A stretch of DNA of 64,000 bases from Terriglobia bacterium (GTDB taxonomy: Bacteria > Acidobacteriota > Terriglobia > 2-12-FULL-54-10), in the NCBI GenBank assembly GCA_963666975.2, contig CAXVYR010000004.1:1216001-1280000 (forward strand), read 5' to 3'. The notes below the pieces were generated by a model that was not told the DNA's origin, ran no database searches, and worked only from the letters and a program-made list of their open reading frames with translations. Below, piece by piece: positions 50,368 through 62,600 of this stretch. The translations under genes and the position numbers were made by a program. Numbering within the stretch: the stretch's first letter is position 1; each line of letters begins with the position of its first letter.

Positions 50368-50515
50368 TGTGTAATGAGAACCCCTGGCGCTGATGTCCAA
50401 CGATCTAAAAACCCACGGTGGTGAAGCAGTTGGTCGTAAGCCCAATTCCACCTAACTGAAACCGAAGGCCAGTCCGCTTCGACCGACACCTTCACAAAAC
50501 CTTAAGGAGGTTACT

Positions 50516-51031
50516 ATGAAAAAGCAAGCTCTAACGGTTGTTTCGATGGCGAGTCTCTTTGTCCTGCTGGCAGTTGGCTCCGCCTATGCAGACCCTGGCA
50601 GCGAAGTCCGGGCGGATGTCCCCTTCGATTTCATAGTCGGGAATAAAACGTATCCGGCCGGCAGCTACGCGGTTGAGTACACCCAGCCGCAGGGTGCGTT
50701 CTTGATACACATTGCAGAAGACGAAAGCCGACGGACGTTGCTCTGGTCCAACACCGTGCCCGCCAAATCGATAGTGGATCATTCTCCGAAGCTCATCTTT
50801 AACCGTTATGGGGATGAGTATTTCCTCACCCAGGTATGGGGTGGAGGAGACATCGATGGACGTGAACTCCGGAAGTTTCACCGGGAGCGTGAGCAGTCCA
50901 GGGAGTATTTTGCTAAGAATGTGTCGGTAGCTGAAATAGTCTACGTCGCCGCTCTGCCATCAGCAGCGGTTGGATCAGCAGCGGTTGCGCCAGAGCGAAT
51001 GAGCGATCCTATCAAGGCAGACCGTTCCTGA
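50516..51031 (+). CDS. Secreted hypothetical protein
   Basis: AAGGAGG SD, signal peptide, ADVPFDFIVGNKTYPAGSY...KLIFNRYGDEYFLTQVW. Confidence 0.8.
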   Translation: MKKQALTVVSMASLFVLLAVGSAYADPGSEVRADVPFDFIVGNKTYPAGSYAVEYTQPQGAFLIHIAEDESRRTLLWSNTVPAKSIVDHSPKLIFNRYGDEYFLTQVWGGGDIDGRELRKFHREREQSREYFAKNVSVAEIVYVAALPSAAVGSAAVAPERMSDPIKADRS

Positions 51032-51040
51032 AACCCGCCG

Positions 51041-51087
51041 ACGGCAACCCGGGCATGTGCCCTCTTGGGGTTGCCGTTTTGCTTTTT
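51041..51087 (+). terminator. Intrinsic terminator
   Basis: ACGGCAACCC...GGGTTGCCGT stem followed by TTTGCTTTTT. Confidence 0.7.
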
Positions 51088-51274
51088 GGGCCCGCACGGT
51101 GCCGAAGTAGTCGGCTGCAAGAGCAACTCTACCCCGGCAGGAGAAGGCAGCCAGTCAGCTTCGAACATCTTACGCAATAGCCCTTCCAGACAAGAATTCA
51201 GTTCCTAGCTAATGCCCTTTTCCGAAATTGAGTGGCAGAATTTCCGGCGGGGCGGGGCTGCGGGCAAGCAGCCC

Positions 51275-52249
51275 TCAAAAGTGCTGAAAGCCCCGCACCG
51301 GCAGAGGGTGTGCTTTTTCTCCCCGCACCAGCAATAGTTTGCGGCCGGAGATAATATGCCCGACGAGGGTAAGCTGCACGCCGCCTATGCTGCCGGGAAG
51401 CCGGCGCGACCGCCGTGCGGGAACTGTGAACAGTAGCTCTAAATCCTCGCCGCCGTGCAGGGCGCAATCCATCGATGTCCGGGAAGAGCGGGGAAGCGAT
51501 GCTTCTATAATGCTCGCACCCACCCGGCTTTCTTCGCACAAGCGCGCCAAGTCGATTGAGAGGCCATCACTCATGTCGATCATGGCGGAGGGCAGCTTTC
51601 GCTCGCGCAGGTATTGTCCGGCGCGCAGACGCGGCTGAGGGTAAAAGAAAGCTTGCAGAAACTCCTTCCGAACCGGCGATTTTTTTCCTTGCAGGGCGCG
51701 CAAGCCGCTGGCCGCCATCCCGAGTTTTCCGGTCACCCAGATTTCATCTCCTGGGCGGGCGCCGCTGCGCAGGATGGCGCGGTGGCGCGGCGTCTCCCCC
51801 ATCACCATGATGTCGGCGACAACGCCGCTTGCGGAAGCCCCGGTATCTCCGCCGGCCAGGATCACCTTCGCCGCTGCCGCGAGGCGAAAAAAGCCGCGCC
51901 AAAAACCGTCCACCCAGCCTGAGGGCAATCGCCGAGGTAGCCCCAAGGAGAGAAAGGCATACCGGGGCACGCCCCCCATGGCTGCAATGTCGCTGAGCCC
52001 GCGGGCCAGCACCTTGTAGCCCACCGATTCCGCCTCCTGCCATTGCCGCCGAAAGTGCACGCCTTCCAGAAACAGGTCGGTGGTAATCAGGAGGTCCTTC
52101 TGCCGGGAGGCGGCGATAACGGCGCAATCCTCCCCGATGCCACGGCGCAGCGCGGAGGATTTCCCTAGGCGGGCGGCGTGTTGCGCTGCCCGTCGCCGCA
52201 GAAGGTTTACGAATTGTCTTTCGCTGCTAGGTTCTCTTTTCACTGGCAA
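51275..52249 (-). CDS. thiL: Thiamine-monophosphate kinase
   Basis: GIGEDCA, EGVHF, LSDIAAMGG, GGDT, IDMSDGL, GGEDLELLFT. Confidence 0.95.
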   Translation of the reverse strand: MPVKREPSSERQFVNLLRRRAAQHAARLGKSSALRRGIGEDCAVIAASRQKDLLITTDLFLEGVHFRRQWQEAESVGYKVLARGLSDIAAMGGVPRYAFLSLGLPRRLPSGWVDGFWRGFFRLAAAAKVILAGGDTGASASGVVADIMVMGETPRHRAILRSGARPGDEIWVTGKLGMAASGLRALQGKKSPVRKEFLQAFFYPQPRLRAGQYLRERKLPSAMIDMSDGLSIDLARLCEESRVGASIIEASLPRSSRTSMDCALHGGEDLELLFTVPARRSRRLPGSIGGVQLTLVGHIISGRKLLLVRGEKAHPLPVRGFQHF

Positions 52250-52300
52250 CTATCTGCTACTGATGATTGGGTAATGACGCTGCGCGGAGCACGGTTGACC

Positions 52301-52346
52301 AAGATGGACTAAAGATGGACTATAAAGACGGACTAAAGACGGGCTA
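52301..52346. repeat. 11-bp tandem repeat x4 (AAGAYGGACTA) ending in the stop codon of the adjacent gene
   Basis: Units at 52301, 52312, 52325 and 52336. Confidence 0.9.
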
Positions 52347-53399
52347 CGGCGAGCTTGGCGGGGAAGCGTCCGGCTCCAGGAAGCTCAAAACGCTCTCATC
52401 CCACTCCCACCGCAAAAAGACCGACTCCTGCTGATGCTCGACCGATATCCCTGCCAGCAGCGACGAGAAATTTTTCTCCGGCTCCCCGGACTCGCCGGAG
52501 GGTAAAAATCTGAGCAGCGCCAGGATTCCTTCGACCGAATTGGCAATTCGCTCGGCAGCGGCGACGCTGTCGCATTGAGCTTCCACCTGAAAGCGAAGCT
52601 GCGCAGGGCCGTTTTCGTCCGGCAGATAAACCGGATCAACCGGATAAACCGATAGATAAAGCGTCTTGCTTCCTTCGAGGAACCTCCCTCCCAGCTCAAA
52701 CGACCCAATCGGCGGCGGCTCTCCCTCCGCATTCAGCAGCTTTTTCAGTCTTCCCACTGCCCAAACGCCGCTCCCGGCCAGTATGTGGTCGAGGTCATGG
52801 GCCTCCTCGATCTCGGCGGCGGCGGAAGCGGCTGTGTCTCCTGAATGCCTTTGCAAAACCTGCCGGATGGCGTTGATGTCTCCTCCGACAGAAAAGCCGA
52901 CCAAATCAGGATCGAGGTCATGATCGAGCAAGACAAGACGAAAGGGCCTCGACTGCCCGAAGGTAAACACGGTTTGTCCCAGCTCTTTTGCTGCAACGGC
53001 GCCCTGCGACTCGATGTAAGCGGTGATTTGGGGACGGTCCAAAGCGACCTGCGCTACGCCCACCCAGTCCGGTCCCGATTTTGCCAGAGCCAGCCGCTTC
53101 AGGTCCCGTCCATAACTGAATCCGGTGGCGCGCACAAAGTCCTCGTACTCCTGTTCGCGGGGCATCCGGGGCGCTTGGGTCAGCAGTTTTCTGACAACCG
53201 GGCTTGCCTGGAGGGATTCCAGATCGGCCACCGCGTATAGGTCCGACTCTGCGGGCAAGAGCCGCAGCAGGGCTAGACGCGGGTCCAGGTCCGTGCGTGC
53301 GGGCCTGCTGCCGGGAACCAAAAACAGCACCGCTGCCGCGGCAGCCAGCAATCCGGCCAGCAGACCAATGAGCCATATCTTCCTCCTTTTCATGTCCAT
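52344..53399 (-). CDS. Membrane-anchored hypothetical protein
   Basis: KRRK plus hydrophobic anchor, then a long soluble domain; co-oriented with thiL. Confidence 0.7.
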   Translation of the reverse strand: MDMKRRKIWLIGLLAGLLAAAAAVLFLVPGSRPARTDLDPRLALLRLLPAESDLYAVADLESLQASPVVRKLLTQAPRMPREQEYEDFVRATGFSYGRDLKRLALAKSGPDWVGVAQVALDRPQITAYIESQGAVAAKELGQTVFTFGQSRPFRLVLLDHDLDPDLVGFSVGGDINAIRQVLQRHSGDTAASAAAEIEEAHDLDHILAGSGVWAVGRLKKLLNAEGEPPPIGSFELGGRFLEGSKTLYLSVYPVDPVYLPDENGPAQLRFQVEAQCDSVAAAERIANSVEGILALLRFLPSGESGEPEKNFSSLLAGISVEHQQESVFLRWEWDESVLSFLEPDASPPSSP

Positions 53400-53659
53400 G
53401 CTGCTTTGCTCATCTTCATATTGCTGTATCCGGTTTCGTGCTGCTTTGCCTTGAGAAAATCGCAAATCCCTGGACAATTCATAGCTTTCGGTCATAGCTC
53501 CCGGCTGCTATAATAGTCGAAGTGTGGAGAGCTGGGCCGTAAATGTCAAAATATTCTGCGACAATTCGTCTTCCCTTTCTGTTACTATTGGAAAGGTTAA
53601 GATAATTCTTTCGATTGCTGACAGCTCTCTTTTGTGATACTTTATAGGTTTTTGAGAAG

Positions 53660-53735
53660 GCTGGCGTAGCTCAGTTGGCAGAGCATCTGATTTGTAATCA
53701 GAGGGTCAGGGGTTCAAATCCCTTCGCCAGCTCCA
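53660..53735 (+). tRNA. tRNA-Thr(UGU)
   Basis: Cloverleaf; anticodon arm TCTGA-TTTGTAA-TCAGA; GGTTCAAATCC; CCA end. Confidence 0.97.
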
Positions 53736-53835
53736 GTTGATTGGTGCCGCCGGGCAGGCGTTGCGCCGGGAGTGTCTCCTTCTCGACCGGAAGGCGCAGC
53801 AGGATTGTCGGCGCGCCTTGGAGTGATACCGATGA

Positions 53836-53911
<76 letters not shown>

Positions 53912-53928
53912 GAAATTTTTTGATGTCT

Positions 53929-54003
53929 GCGGGAGTAACTCAGTGGTAGAGTCACAGCCTTCCAAGCTGTTGGTCGCGGGTTCGATCCCCGTCTCCCGCT
54001 CCA
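53929..54003 (+). tRNA. tRNA-Gly(UCC)
   Basis: Anticodon arm ACAGC-CTTCCAA-GCTGT; CCA end. Confidence 0.97.
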
Positions 54004-54185
54004 AGACCGATTTAGTTTTCAGGCAGGCTCTTGGCCCGGCCAGTGGAGGCTGGCTGGCAGCGTAGCGAAAAGGATTTTTTGCTTTACCCGCGTGGAGTGA
54101 TTCAGCAGCGCCCCGGGAAAGTCGCGACGAACTGTAAGGACGGCTTGATCTGGGCGGCATCGACATCCAGTGGTTCGCATTGAGG

Positions 54186-54274
54186 GGACAGGTGGCCGAG
54201 TGGTTAATGGCAGCAGACTGTAAATCTGCCGCTCCTTGCGAGCTACGGAGGTTCGAATCCTCCCCTGTCCACCA
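54186..54274 (+). tRNA. tRNA-Tyr(GUA)
   Basis: Anticodon arm GCAGA-CTGTAAA-TCTGC; long variable arm; CCA end. Confidence 0.97.
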
Positions 54275-54506
54275 GCTTTTGATCTGAATGACAGCTTTCC
54301 AGGTCGTCCCAACGGTTGCCGTAAGGTCCTTTCGAGTGATGTTCAGGAATGGCGATACATAGCTGCAACAAGACAGCGAGAGGCATCTGAATGAAATGGG
54401 ATTTCCTGGACATGATTCTTTCTTAGGTTCCCGCCGCCGAACCAGCCGCAAAGCGAAGCGGTGACCTCCAGGCGACGGACTTCAGGAACAGGGAGCAGGA
54501 ATAGCG

Positions 54507-55694
<1,188 letters not shown>

Positions 55695-55772
55695 CGCGGA
55701 GCGCAGACGGCGATATTTTCCGAATCGAAAGAGCTGTTTCCCAAGACGAAACCTTATTTCCAGAGTTGAAGC

Positions 55773-55922
55773 ATGCGTGATATAATCACCTTACAGTGTT
55801 CGGACTGCAAAAACAGAAATTATTCGACCACTAAGAACAAGAAAAAGACCACCGCCCGACTGGAACAGAAGAAGTTTTGCAAGACTTGTCGGCACCACAC
55901 CCTGCACCGCGAGGTGAAGTAG
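55773..55922 (+). CDS. rpmG: 50S ribosomal protein L33 (zinc-binding form); below the ORF-track length cutoff
   Basis: [49 protein letters not shown]. Confidence 0.97.
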   Translation: MRDIITLQCSDCKNRNYSTTKNKKKTTARLEQKKFCKTCRHHTLHREVK

Positions 55923-55974
55923 GCTGGTCAGTTCGTTATTCCTCTCCGGCAGGATGAGAGAAGGCAGGAAAGCG

Positions 55975-56070
55975 GCACGGGCCGGGACGAGTGCTGGACC
56001 AAAGTGCCAGACCAAAGTGTTGCTCCAAAGCGAGACACTAGACGAAGGGCACGGGACCAAGAGCACGGGA
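55975..56070. repeat. Degenerate ~13-bp tandem array between rpmG and tRNA-Trp
   Basis: GTGCTGGACCAAA, GTGCCAGACCAAA, GTGTTGCTCCAAA, then GCACGGGACCAAGA, GCACGGGA. Confidence 0.6.
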
Positions 56071-56143
56071 AAACAGGTGTTATGCCGGGCTCAAGGCGCA
56101 GGGCTGGTTTCCGGACCAGCCCGTCGCGCCAAGCCCCAAATCA

Positions 56144-56218
56144 AGGGGTGTAGGTTTAACGGCAGACCGCCGGTCTCCAAAACCGGATGTGGGGGTTCGA
56201 ATCCCTCCACCCCTGCCA
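56144..56218 (+). tRNA. tRNA-Trp(CCA)
   Basis: Anticodon arm CCGGT-CTCCAAA-ACCGG; CCA end; canonical position before secE. Confidence 0.95.
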
Positions 56219-56297
56219 ATTCTTCTCCTGGTGAAGCTTGGCCCTAACGGAGCCCTGGCATGGAAAGAGAAATCAGAGGGCGTGGATTGAGTTTTTT

Positions 56298-56579
56298 ATG
56301 AAGGAAGCGAATGTCGAAAGCAGGCCCGTCGGCAGAACCGGCAAAGCCAGTGATGCCGGGGGGGCCCTCGCCTCCATCCGGTCCTTTCCGGGCCAAACGA
56401 AGGTCTTCCTCGGAGACGTTCGGTCGGAGCTCAGACGGGTCACTTGGCCGAGCCAGCAGCAGATCCAGGCCACCACGGTGGTGGTAATCCTGACGGTATT
56501 TTTCTTCGGTGTCTACTTCTGGATTCTGGACGGGATTGTCAGCGCCGCGGTCAGCCGCTTATTCCGCTTCTTAGGGTAA
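56298..56579 (+). CDS. secE: Preprotein translocase subunit SecE
   Basis: ELRRVTWPS motif plus one TM helix. Confidence 0.93.
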   Translation: MKEANVESRPVGRTGKASDAGGALASIRSFPGQTKVFLGDVRSELRRVTWPSQQQIQATTVVVILTVFFFGVYFWILDGIVSAAVSRLFRFLG

Positions 56580-56637
56580 GCGTGGCGGGTTAAGAACGGC
56601 GGCTGGGAACAGCCATTCGCGCACGAGCAGGCAGGAC

Positions 56638-57168
56638 ATGACAAAGAATTGGTACATCATTCACACCTATTCCGGCTTTGAGCGCAAAGTCAAGGAGAGC
56701 CTGGAAAGCCGCGTCAAAGCGTTCGGGTTGGAGGAAAAAATCGGGCAAATCCTGATCCCCACCGAGACCGTGGTGGAGATGCGGGGCGGGAAAAAGGTGG
56801 AGTCATCCCGCTTGTTTTATCCCGGCTACGTGCTGGTGGAAATCGAGATGGATGACAACGTCTGGCACGTGGTAAAGGCCACCCCGAGGGTCACCGGTTT
56901 TGTCGGCGGCGCTCAGAACCCCTCGCCTCTGTCGGAAGCGGAAGTGGATCAGATCATCAACCGGATAGCCACGGCGGGGGAAAGGACCACGCCCAAGCTG
57001 AGCTTTGAAAGAAACGAGACTGTCAAGATTGTAGACGGCCCCTTCAACAATTTCACCGGCGTGGTGGACGAAATCAATATGGACCGGAACACTCTGAAGG
57101 TGATGGTCACCATCTTCGGGCGCTCGACCCCGGTGGAGCTGGACTTTTTGCAGGTGGAGAAACTGTAA
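56638..57168 (+). CDS. nusG: Transcription factor NusG
   Basis: [36 protein letters not shown]. Confidence 0.98.
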   Translation: MTKNWYIIHTYSGFERKVKESLESRVKAFGLEEKIGQILIPTETVVEMRGGKKVESSRLFYPGYVLVEIEMDDNVWHVVKATPRVTGFVGGAQNPSPLSEAEVDQIINRIATAGERTTPKLSFERNETVKIVDGPFNNFTGVVDEINMDRNTLKVMVTIFGRSTPVELDFLQVEKL

Positions 57169-57243
57169 GCCGTGCGCTGAAGCTCTCGGGCTGCGGTTTC
57201 ACCCAGGGCCTGTATAGCGAGTTTTGGGACTGAGGAGTCGAAC

Positions 57244-57693
57244 ATGGCAAATCCCGCGCCGAGAGGCAAACGGGTTGTAGGACAGATCAAACTCCAGATC
57301 ACGGCCGGCAAAGCAACTCCGGCGCCTCCCGTAGGGCCCGCGCTGGGACAGCACGGCGTGAACATCATGGACTTCTGCAAGACCTATAACGCCAAGACGG
57401 ATGGGAAAGAACTGGAAGGTCTCATCATCCCGGTGGTGATCACCGTCTATGGGGACCGCAGCTACAGCTTTATCACGAAAACTCCGCCGGCGGCGGTGCT
57501 GCTGAAACGCGCGGCGGGGATCGCAAAAGGTTCCGGAGTGCCCAACCGCGACAAAGTGGGAAAGGTGACGGCGAAACAGGTGGAAGAGATTGCCCGCACC
57601 AAACTGCCGGACCTGAACGCAAGCTCGCTGGAGACCGCGGCGCGCAGCATCACCGGCACGGCCCGCAGCATGGGGATCGAGGTCGTCAACTAG
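57244..57693 (+). CDS. rplK: 50S ribosomal protein L11
   Basis: [23 protein letters not shown]. Confidence 0.98.
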   Translation: MANPAPRGKRVVGQIKLQITAGKATPAPPVGPALGQHGVNIMDFCKTYNAKTDGKELEGLIIPVVITVYGDRSYSFITKTPPAAVLLKRAAGIAKGSGVPNRDKVGKVTAKQVEEIARTKLPDLNASSLETAARSITGTARSMGIEVVN

Positions 57694-57715
57694 CGAAGCG
57701 AACAAGGAAAAGCGA

Positions 57716-58417
57716 ATGGCTCAAAAAAAAGGGAAAAATATCGATCACGCGCGGAAAGCCGTGGAAGAGAGGCCCTACGATCTCGCCGAAGCGGTCCCGC
57801 TCCTCCAGAAGGTTCGCTATGCCAAGTTTGACGAAACGGTGGAGGTCGTCATTCGGCTGGGGGTGGACCCCCGGCAAGCCGACCAGATGGTTCGCGGAAC
57901 GCTGGTTTTGCCTCACGGACTCGGCAAGTCCAAGAAGGTGCTGGTGATCGCGGCTGGCGAGAAAGTTCGTGAGGCCGAAGAGGCCGGCGCCGAACTGGTC
58001 GGCGGCGAGGAGATGGTAAAAAAGATTCAGGATGGCTGGACGGATTTCGAGGCCGTGATTGCCACGCCGGACATGATGAAACTGGTAGGCCGTTTGGGTA
58101 AGATTCTCGGCCCGCGCGGCCTGATGCCAAACCCCAAGGCCGGGACGGTCACCTTTGAGGTGAAAAACGCCGTTCAGGAGATCAAAGCCGGCAAGGTGGA
58201 ATTCCGCGTTGACAAGACGGCGTTGATTCACGTCCCGCTCGGCAAGCTCAGTTTCTCCGCCGAACACTTGGTAGAAAACGCGCAGGCGCTGCTGGATTCC
58301 GTGGCCAAGGCCAAGCCTGCGGCGGCCAAGGGAAAGTATGTGAAAGGCATTACGCTTTCTTCCACGATGGGGCCCGGAATTGCGATCCATCTGGCTGCCG
58401 TTGAAGCGTACGTCTAA
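57716..58417 (+). CDS. rplA: 50S ribosomal protein L1
   Basis: [24 protein letters not shown]. Confidence 0.98.
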   Translation: MAQKKGKNIDHARKAVEERPYDLAEAVPLLQKVRYAKFDETVEVVIRLGVDPRQADQMVRGTLVLPHGLGKSKKVLVIAAGEKVREAEEAGAELVGGEEMVKKIQDGWTDFEAVIATPDMMKLVGRLGKILGPRGLMPNPKAGTVTFEVKNAVQEIKAGKVEFRVDKTALIHVPLGKLSFSAEHLVENAQALLDSVAKAKPAAAKGKYVKGITLSSTMGPGIAIHLAAVEAYV

Positions 58418-58436
58418 AAAGAGAGTGGAGGAACGA

Positions 58437-58961
58437 TTGAATCGAGACGAAAAGAAACAAGAGGTCGAACGGCTCCAGCAGGACTTGGCCGCGGCTCAGA
58501 ACGTCTTTTTCCTGAATTTTCAGAAAGTGCCCGTGGTAGAGGATTTTGAGCTCCGCAAGCAGGTGCGGGCCGCCGGGGGCCAGTATCGCGTGGTGAAAAA
58601 CACTCTGGTTCGGAGGGGCGGAAAGGGAACGCCAGCCGAGCCGATTCTGGAGTCGCTGGAGGGTCCCACAGCCATGGCTCTGACGGATGACAATCCAGTC
58701 GCCCTGGCCAAGGCCCTCACCACCTATGCCAAGGCCAATCCGAATTTCACCTTCCGTGCCGGCATCGTGGAAGGCCGCGTTGTCTCCCTGCAAGAGTTTG
58801 CGGAACTAGCCCTTCTCCCGAGCAAGGAAGAGTTGCTGGCGAAGGTGATGTACCTGGTCAATGCTCCGGCCCGCGGCATTGCCTCCGCGATGCAAGCGGT
58901 GATGCGCAACATCGCTTCGGTGGTGGATCAGGCGGCAAAGGAAAATAAATTCAAATCATAA
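58437..58961 (+). CDS. rplJ: 50S ribosomal protein L10
   Basis: TTG start after GGAGG; [15 protein letters not shown]. Confidence 0.95.
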   Translation: MNRDEKKQEVERLQQDLAAAQNVFFLNFQKVPVVEDFELRKQVRAAGGQYRVVKNTLVRRGGKGTPAEPILESLEGPTAMALTDDNPVALAKALTTYAKANPNFTFRAGIVEGRVVSLQEFAELALLPSKEELLAKVMYLVNAPARGIASAMQAVMRNIASVVDQAAKENKFKS

Positions 58962-59019
58962 ACCGGCCGATTGCGGAACAGGGTTTTCGGCTGTCCGAGA
59001 GAGAAGGAGTGGAACCGAT

Positions 59020-59394
59020 ATGTCTGAAAAGGTCGCTACTATTTTGGAAGAGATCAAAGGCCTGACGCTGCTTGAGGCGGCGGAACTGGTCAAGGAAATG
59101 GAAACCGCCTTCGGCGTCAGCGCCGCCGCCCCCATGATGGTGGCGGGAGCGGCAGCGGCCGCAGCGGCGCCCGTCGAAGAGCAAACGGAGTTTAATGTCG
59201 TGTTGACGGCTATTGGTGGCAACAAGATCAACGTCATCAAAGCAGTCCGGGAAGTAACCAGCCTGGGGTTGAAAGAGGCCAAAGACTTGGTCGACAACGC
59301 TCCCAAACCGATCAAAGAGGGAGTTTCCAAGGCTGAGGCAGAATCGCTTCAGAAAAAATTCTCCGAGGCAGGAGCAACGGTCGAGGTCAAATAA
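59020..59394 (+). CDS. rplL: 50S ribosomal protein L7/L12
   Basis: [28 protein letters not shown]. Confidence 0.98.
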   Translation: MSEKVATILEEIKGLTLLEAAELVKEMETAFGVSAAAPMMVAGAAAAAAAPVEEQTEFNVVLTAIGGNKINVIKAVREVTSLGLKEAKDLVDNAPKPIKEGVSKAEAESLQKKFSEAGATVEVK

Positions 59395-59686
59395 AACCGC
59401 CGGACCGGCGCCGGGAATCTAAAACGCGCCCCGAGAGGCGTCGTGTCCACGCGGTGATTCCCCGGCAGAATCTCTCTTCCGCGCTGTTCCAGCAAGGAAG
59501 AGGACCCGCAAGAAAGAGGAAAAGTCTCTTGCGAAGCACCTGTTTTTCAGCGGGCATCCCGAGCCTCAACTTCCGCCCGCATTCTGAGGGAACAATCTAG
59601 GGGAAAGCCGCCTCGGTGGTTCTTTATCTTGACTCGGAGAGAGTCGCCGGAGCGCCCTTCTCTCCAGAAACAATCAGGAGCACTTG

Positions 59687-62600
59687 ATGGATCAGAAAGT
59701 GAACGGAGCCGAGCGGGAACGAATTGATTTCTCCAAGATTCGCACCCCGCTTAAAATCCCCAATCTCATTGAGGTGCAGAAACAGTCCTACGACCAATTT
59801 CTGCAAATGAATCTGCTGCCGAGCGAGCGGGAGGATGTGGGCCTGCGGGCCGTCTTCAATTCCATCTTTCCCATCACGGACTTCCGGGGAGTTTCCCAGC
59901 TGGACTTCGTGGATTACTCCATTGGGAACTGGGAATGCAAGTGCGGAAATCTGAAGGGACTGCACCACCTGCGCACCCCCTGCCGGCAGTGCGGCGCGGG
60001 GATCATCACCAGCCCGTATCACACGGGCGAGATCCTGTGCGGCAAGTGCGGCTCTCCCAACCGCAGTCAGGTGGATTTTTGCAACAAGTGCGGCGACCCG
60101 GTCGACCTGCAACTGAAATACGACGTTGCCGAGTGCCAGGAGCGCGGCATGACCTATGCGGCGCCTCTGAAGGTGACCATCCGGCTGACCCTCTACGAAA
60201 AAGACCCTGAGACCGGCGCCAAGGCCATTCGCGACATCAAAGAACAGGAAGTGTTCTTCGGCGAGGTCCCTCTGATGACGGAGAACGGAACGTTCATCAT
60301 CAACGGCACCGAGCGGGTCATCGTGAGCCAGCTGCACCGCTCGCCCGGGGCCTTTTTCGAGACCGCAAAGCAACGAACGTATTTCCTGGGCAAGATCATT
60401 CCCTACCGCGGCTCCTGGGTTGAATTTGAGTACGATGCCAAGAACCTACTCTACGTGCGGATCGACCGCAAACGGAAGTTCCTGGGGAGCATTTTTCTGC
60501 GCGCCCTGGGACTGAAGAACGAAGAGGAAATCCTGCAAAAATTCTACCGCTCGGAGACCATTCATCTCCAGAACAAGAAGCTCTACTGGGAAATCTCCGA
60601 AGGGCTGATCGGGCTGAAGGTTTCCCATCACATCGTGCACCCCAAGACGAAGGAAGAACTGGTTCACGCCGGCCGGAAAATCACTCCTTCTCTCTACAAA
60701 GATATTACCAAGGCGCGCGTGGAGCGGGTGGAGGTGTCTCCGCACGACCTGGAGGGGGCCTGGCTGATGGCCGACGTTGTGGACATGCAGAGCGGCGAGG
60801 TGCTGGCCGAGGCCAACAACGAACTCTCCCCCGCCCTGATCGAACGCTTTATTGAAGCCGGCATCCAGCAGATCCGCGTCACGTTTCCGGAGCGGGAAGA
60901 CGTCGGGATCGTGCTGAATCAAACGTTGAAGAAGGACAGCGTCAAGACTTCCCAGGAAGCATTGATTGAGATTTACCGGAAGTTGCGGCCCGGCGATCCG
61001 CCCACGCTCGACACAGCCACCAACTTGTTCCAGGGCATGTTCTTTGATCCCCGCAAGTACGATTTTTCCCGGGTGGGCCGGATGAAGTTCAACATCAAAC
61101 TGGAGCGGGATACCTCGTTCGATCAGCGGACCCTGGACATGGAAGACTTCTGTGCCGTGCTGCGGTACTTGCTCCAGCTCCGCAAGAACATCGGCTCGGT
61201 GGATGACATCGATCATCTGGGAAACCGCCGCGTCCGGGCGGTGGGCGAGCTGCTGGAAAACCAGTTCCGAATCGGCTTGGTGCGCATGGAGCGGGCCATC
61301 AAGGAAAAGATGTCGGTCTATCAGGAGATGTCCACCGCGATGCCGCACGACTTGGTCAACGCCAAGCCGGCGATGGCGGCGATCCGCGAATTTTTCGGCT
61401 CCAGCCAGCTTTCCCAGTTCATGGATCAGACGAATCCGCTTTCCGAGATCACCCACAAACGCCGTCTCTCGGCTCTGGGACCGGGAGGCCTGAGCCGCGA
61501 GCGGGCGGGTTTTGAGGTGCGCGACGTGCATCCCACCCATTACGGCCGCATCTGCCCGATTGAGACCCCGGAGGGCCCCAACATCGGCCTGATTTCTTCG
61601 CTCTCCTGCTATGCGCGCATCAATGAGTTCGGCTTTATCGAAAGCCCCTACCGCAAGGTGATTAAAGGACGGGCGGTCGATTACGTGACCATCACCCATC
61701 CCGGCGACACGCAGCTCAAAACCGGCGACCATATGGAACTATCCGAGTGGGAAAGCGTCAATCAAGAAATCAAGTCCCGTCACAAGAAGCCGGCGGAGAC
61801 CGAGCCCCATTCCTTTTATCTGTCGGCTTGGGAAGAGGATAAACACGTCATCGCGCAGGCGAACGTGGAGCTGGACGACCGCGGCCGCATTATTCCGGAC
61901 CTGGTGAATACGCGCCAGGCCGGCAACTTTGTGCTGAAACAACGGGATCAGGTCGACTACATCGACGTCTCTCCCAAGCAATTGGTCAGCGTGGCAGCCT
62001 CGTTGATTCCTTTCCTGGAAAACGACGATGCCAACCGCGCTCTGATGGGTTCCAATATGCAGCGGCAGTCCGTTCCTTTGCTCCAGTCCGAGGCGCCTTT
62101 GGTGGGAACGGGCATGGAAAAGGTTGCGGCGCGCGATTCCGGAGCCGTGGCGATCTGCCGCCGCAACGGACAGGTGGAGAAGGTGGACAGCGAACGGATT
62201 ATCGTGCGGGCCGCAGGAGAGGGCGAGCCGGGAACCATGTCGGCCGGCATCCATGCCGATGTGTACACGCTGACCAAGTTCAAACGCTCGAACCAGAACA
62301 CCTGCATCAACCAGCGGCCCATCGTTCGGGAAGGGGATGTGGTGCAGAAGGGACAGGTGCTGGCCGACGGTCCTTGCACGGACCGGGGCGAGCTGGCCCT
62401 GGGCCGCAACGTTCTGGTGGCCTTTATGCCCTGGCGCGGCTACAACTTTGAGGACGCTATTCTGGTGAGCGAAACGATGGTCAAAGAGGACTATTTCACC
62501 TCGATCCACATTGAAGAGCTGGATATCGAATCGCGCGACACCAAGCTGGGGCCCGAAGAGATTACCCGGGACATTCCGAACGTGAGCGAATCTTTCCTCC

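Noticed and set aside
54282-54490. Loose direct repeat (ATCTGAATGA...TTCAGGAA twice) between tRNA-Tyr and tuf
   Set aside because: Only short blocks match and no structure or function could be supported.
55975-56070. Short repeat arrays here and at 11845, 31054 and 52301 as CRISPR arrays
   Set aside because: Units are 7-13 bp and contiguous with no spacers; no cas genes in the window.
56144-56218. tRNA-Trp with GGTT/GACC D-stem as a UGA suppressor explaining the bcp TGA
   Set aside because: Anticodon is CCA with a normal 5-bp stem, many genes here end in TGA, and Trp at the catalytic position would inactivate the enzyme.
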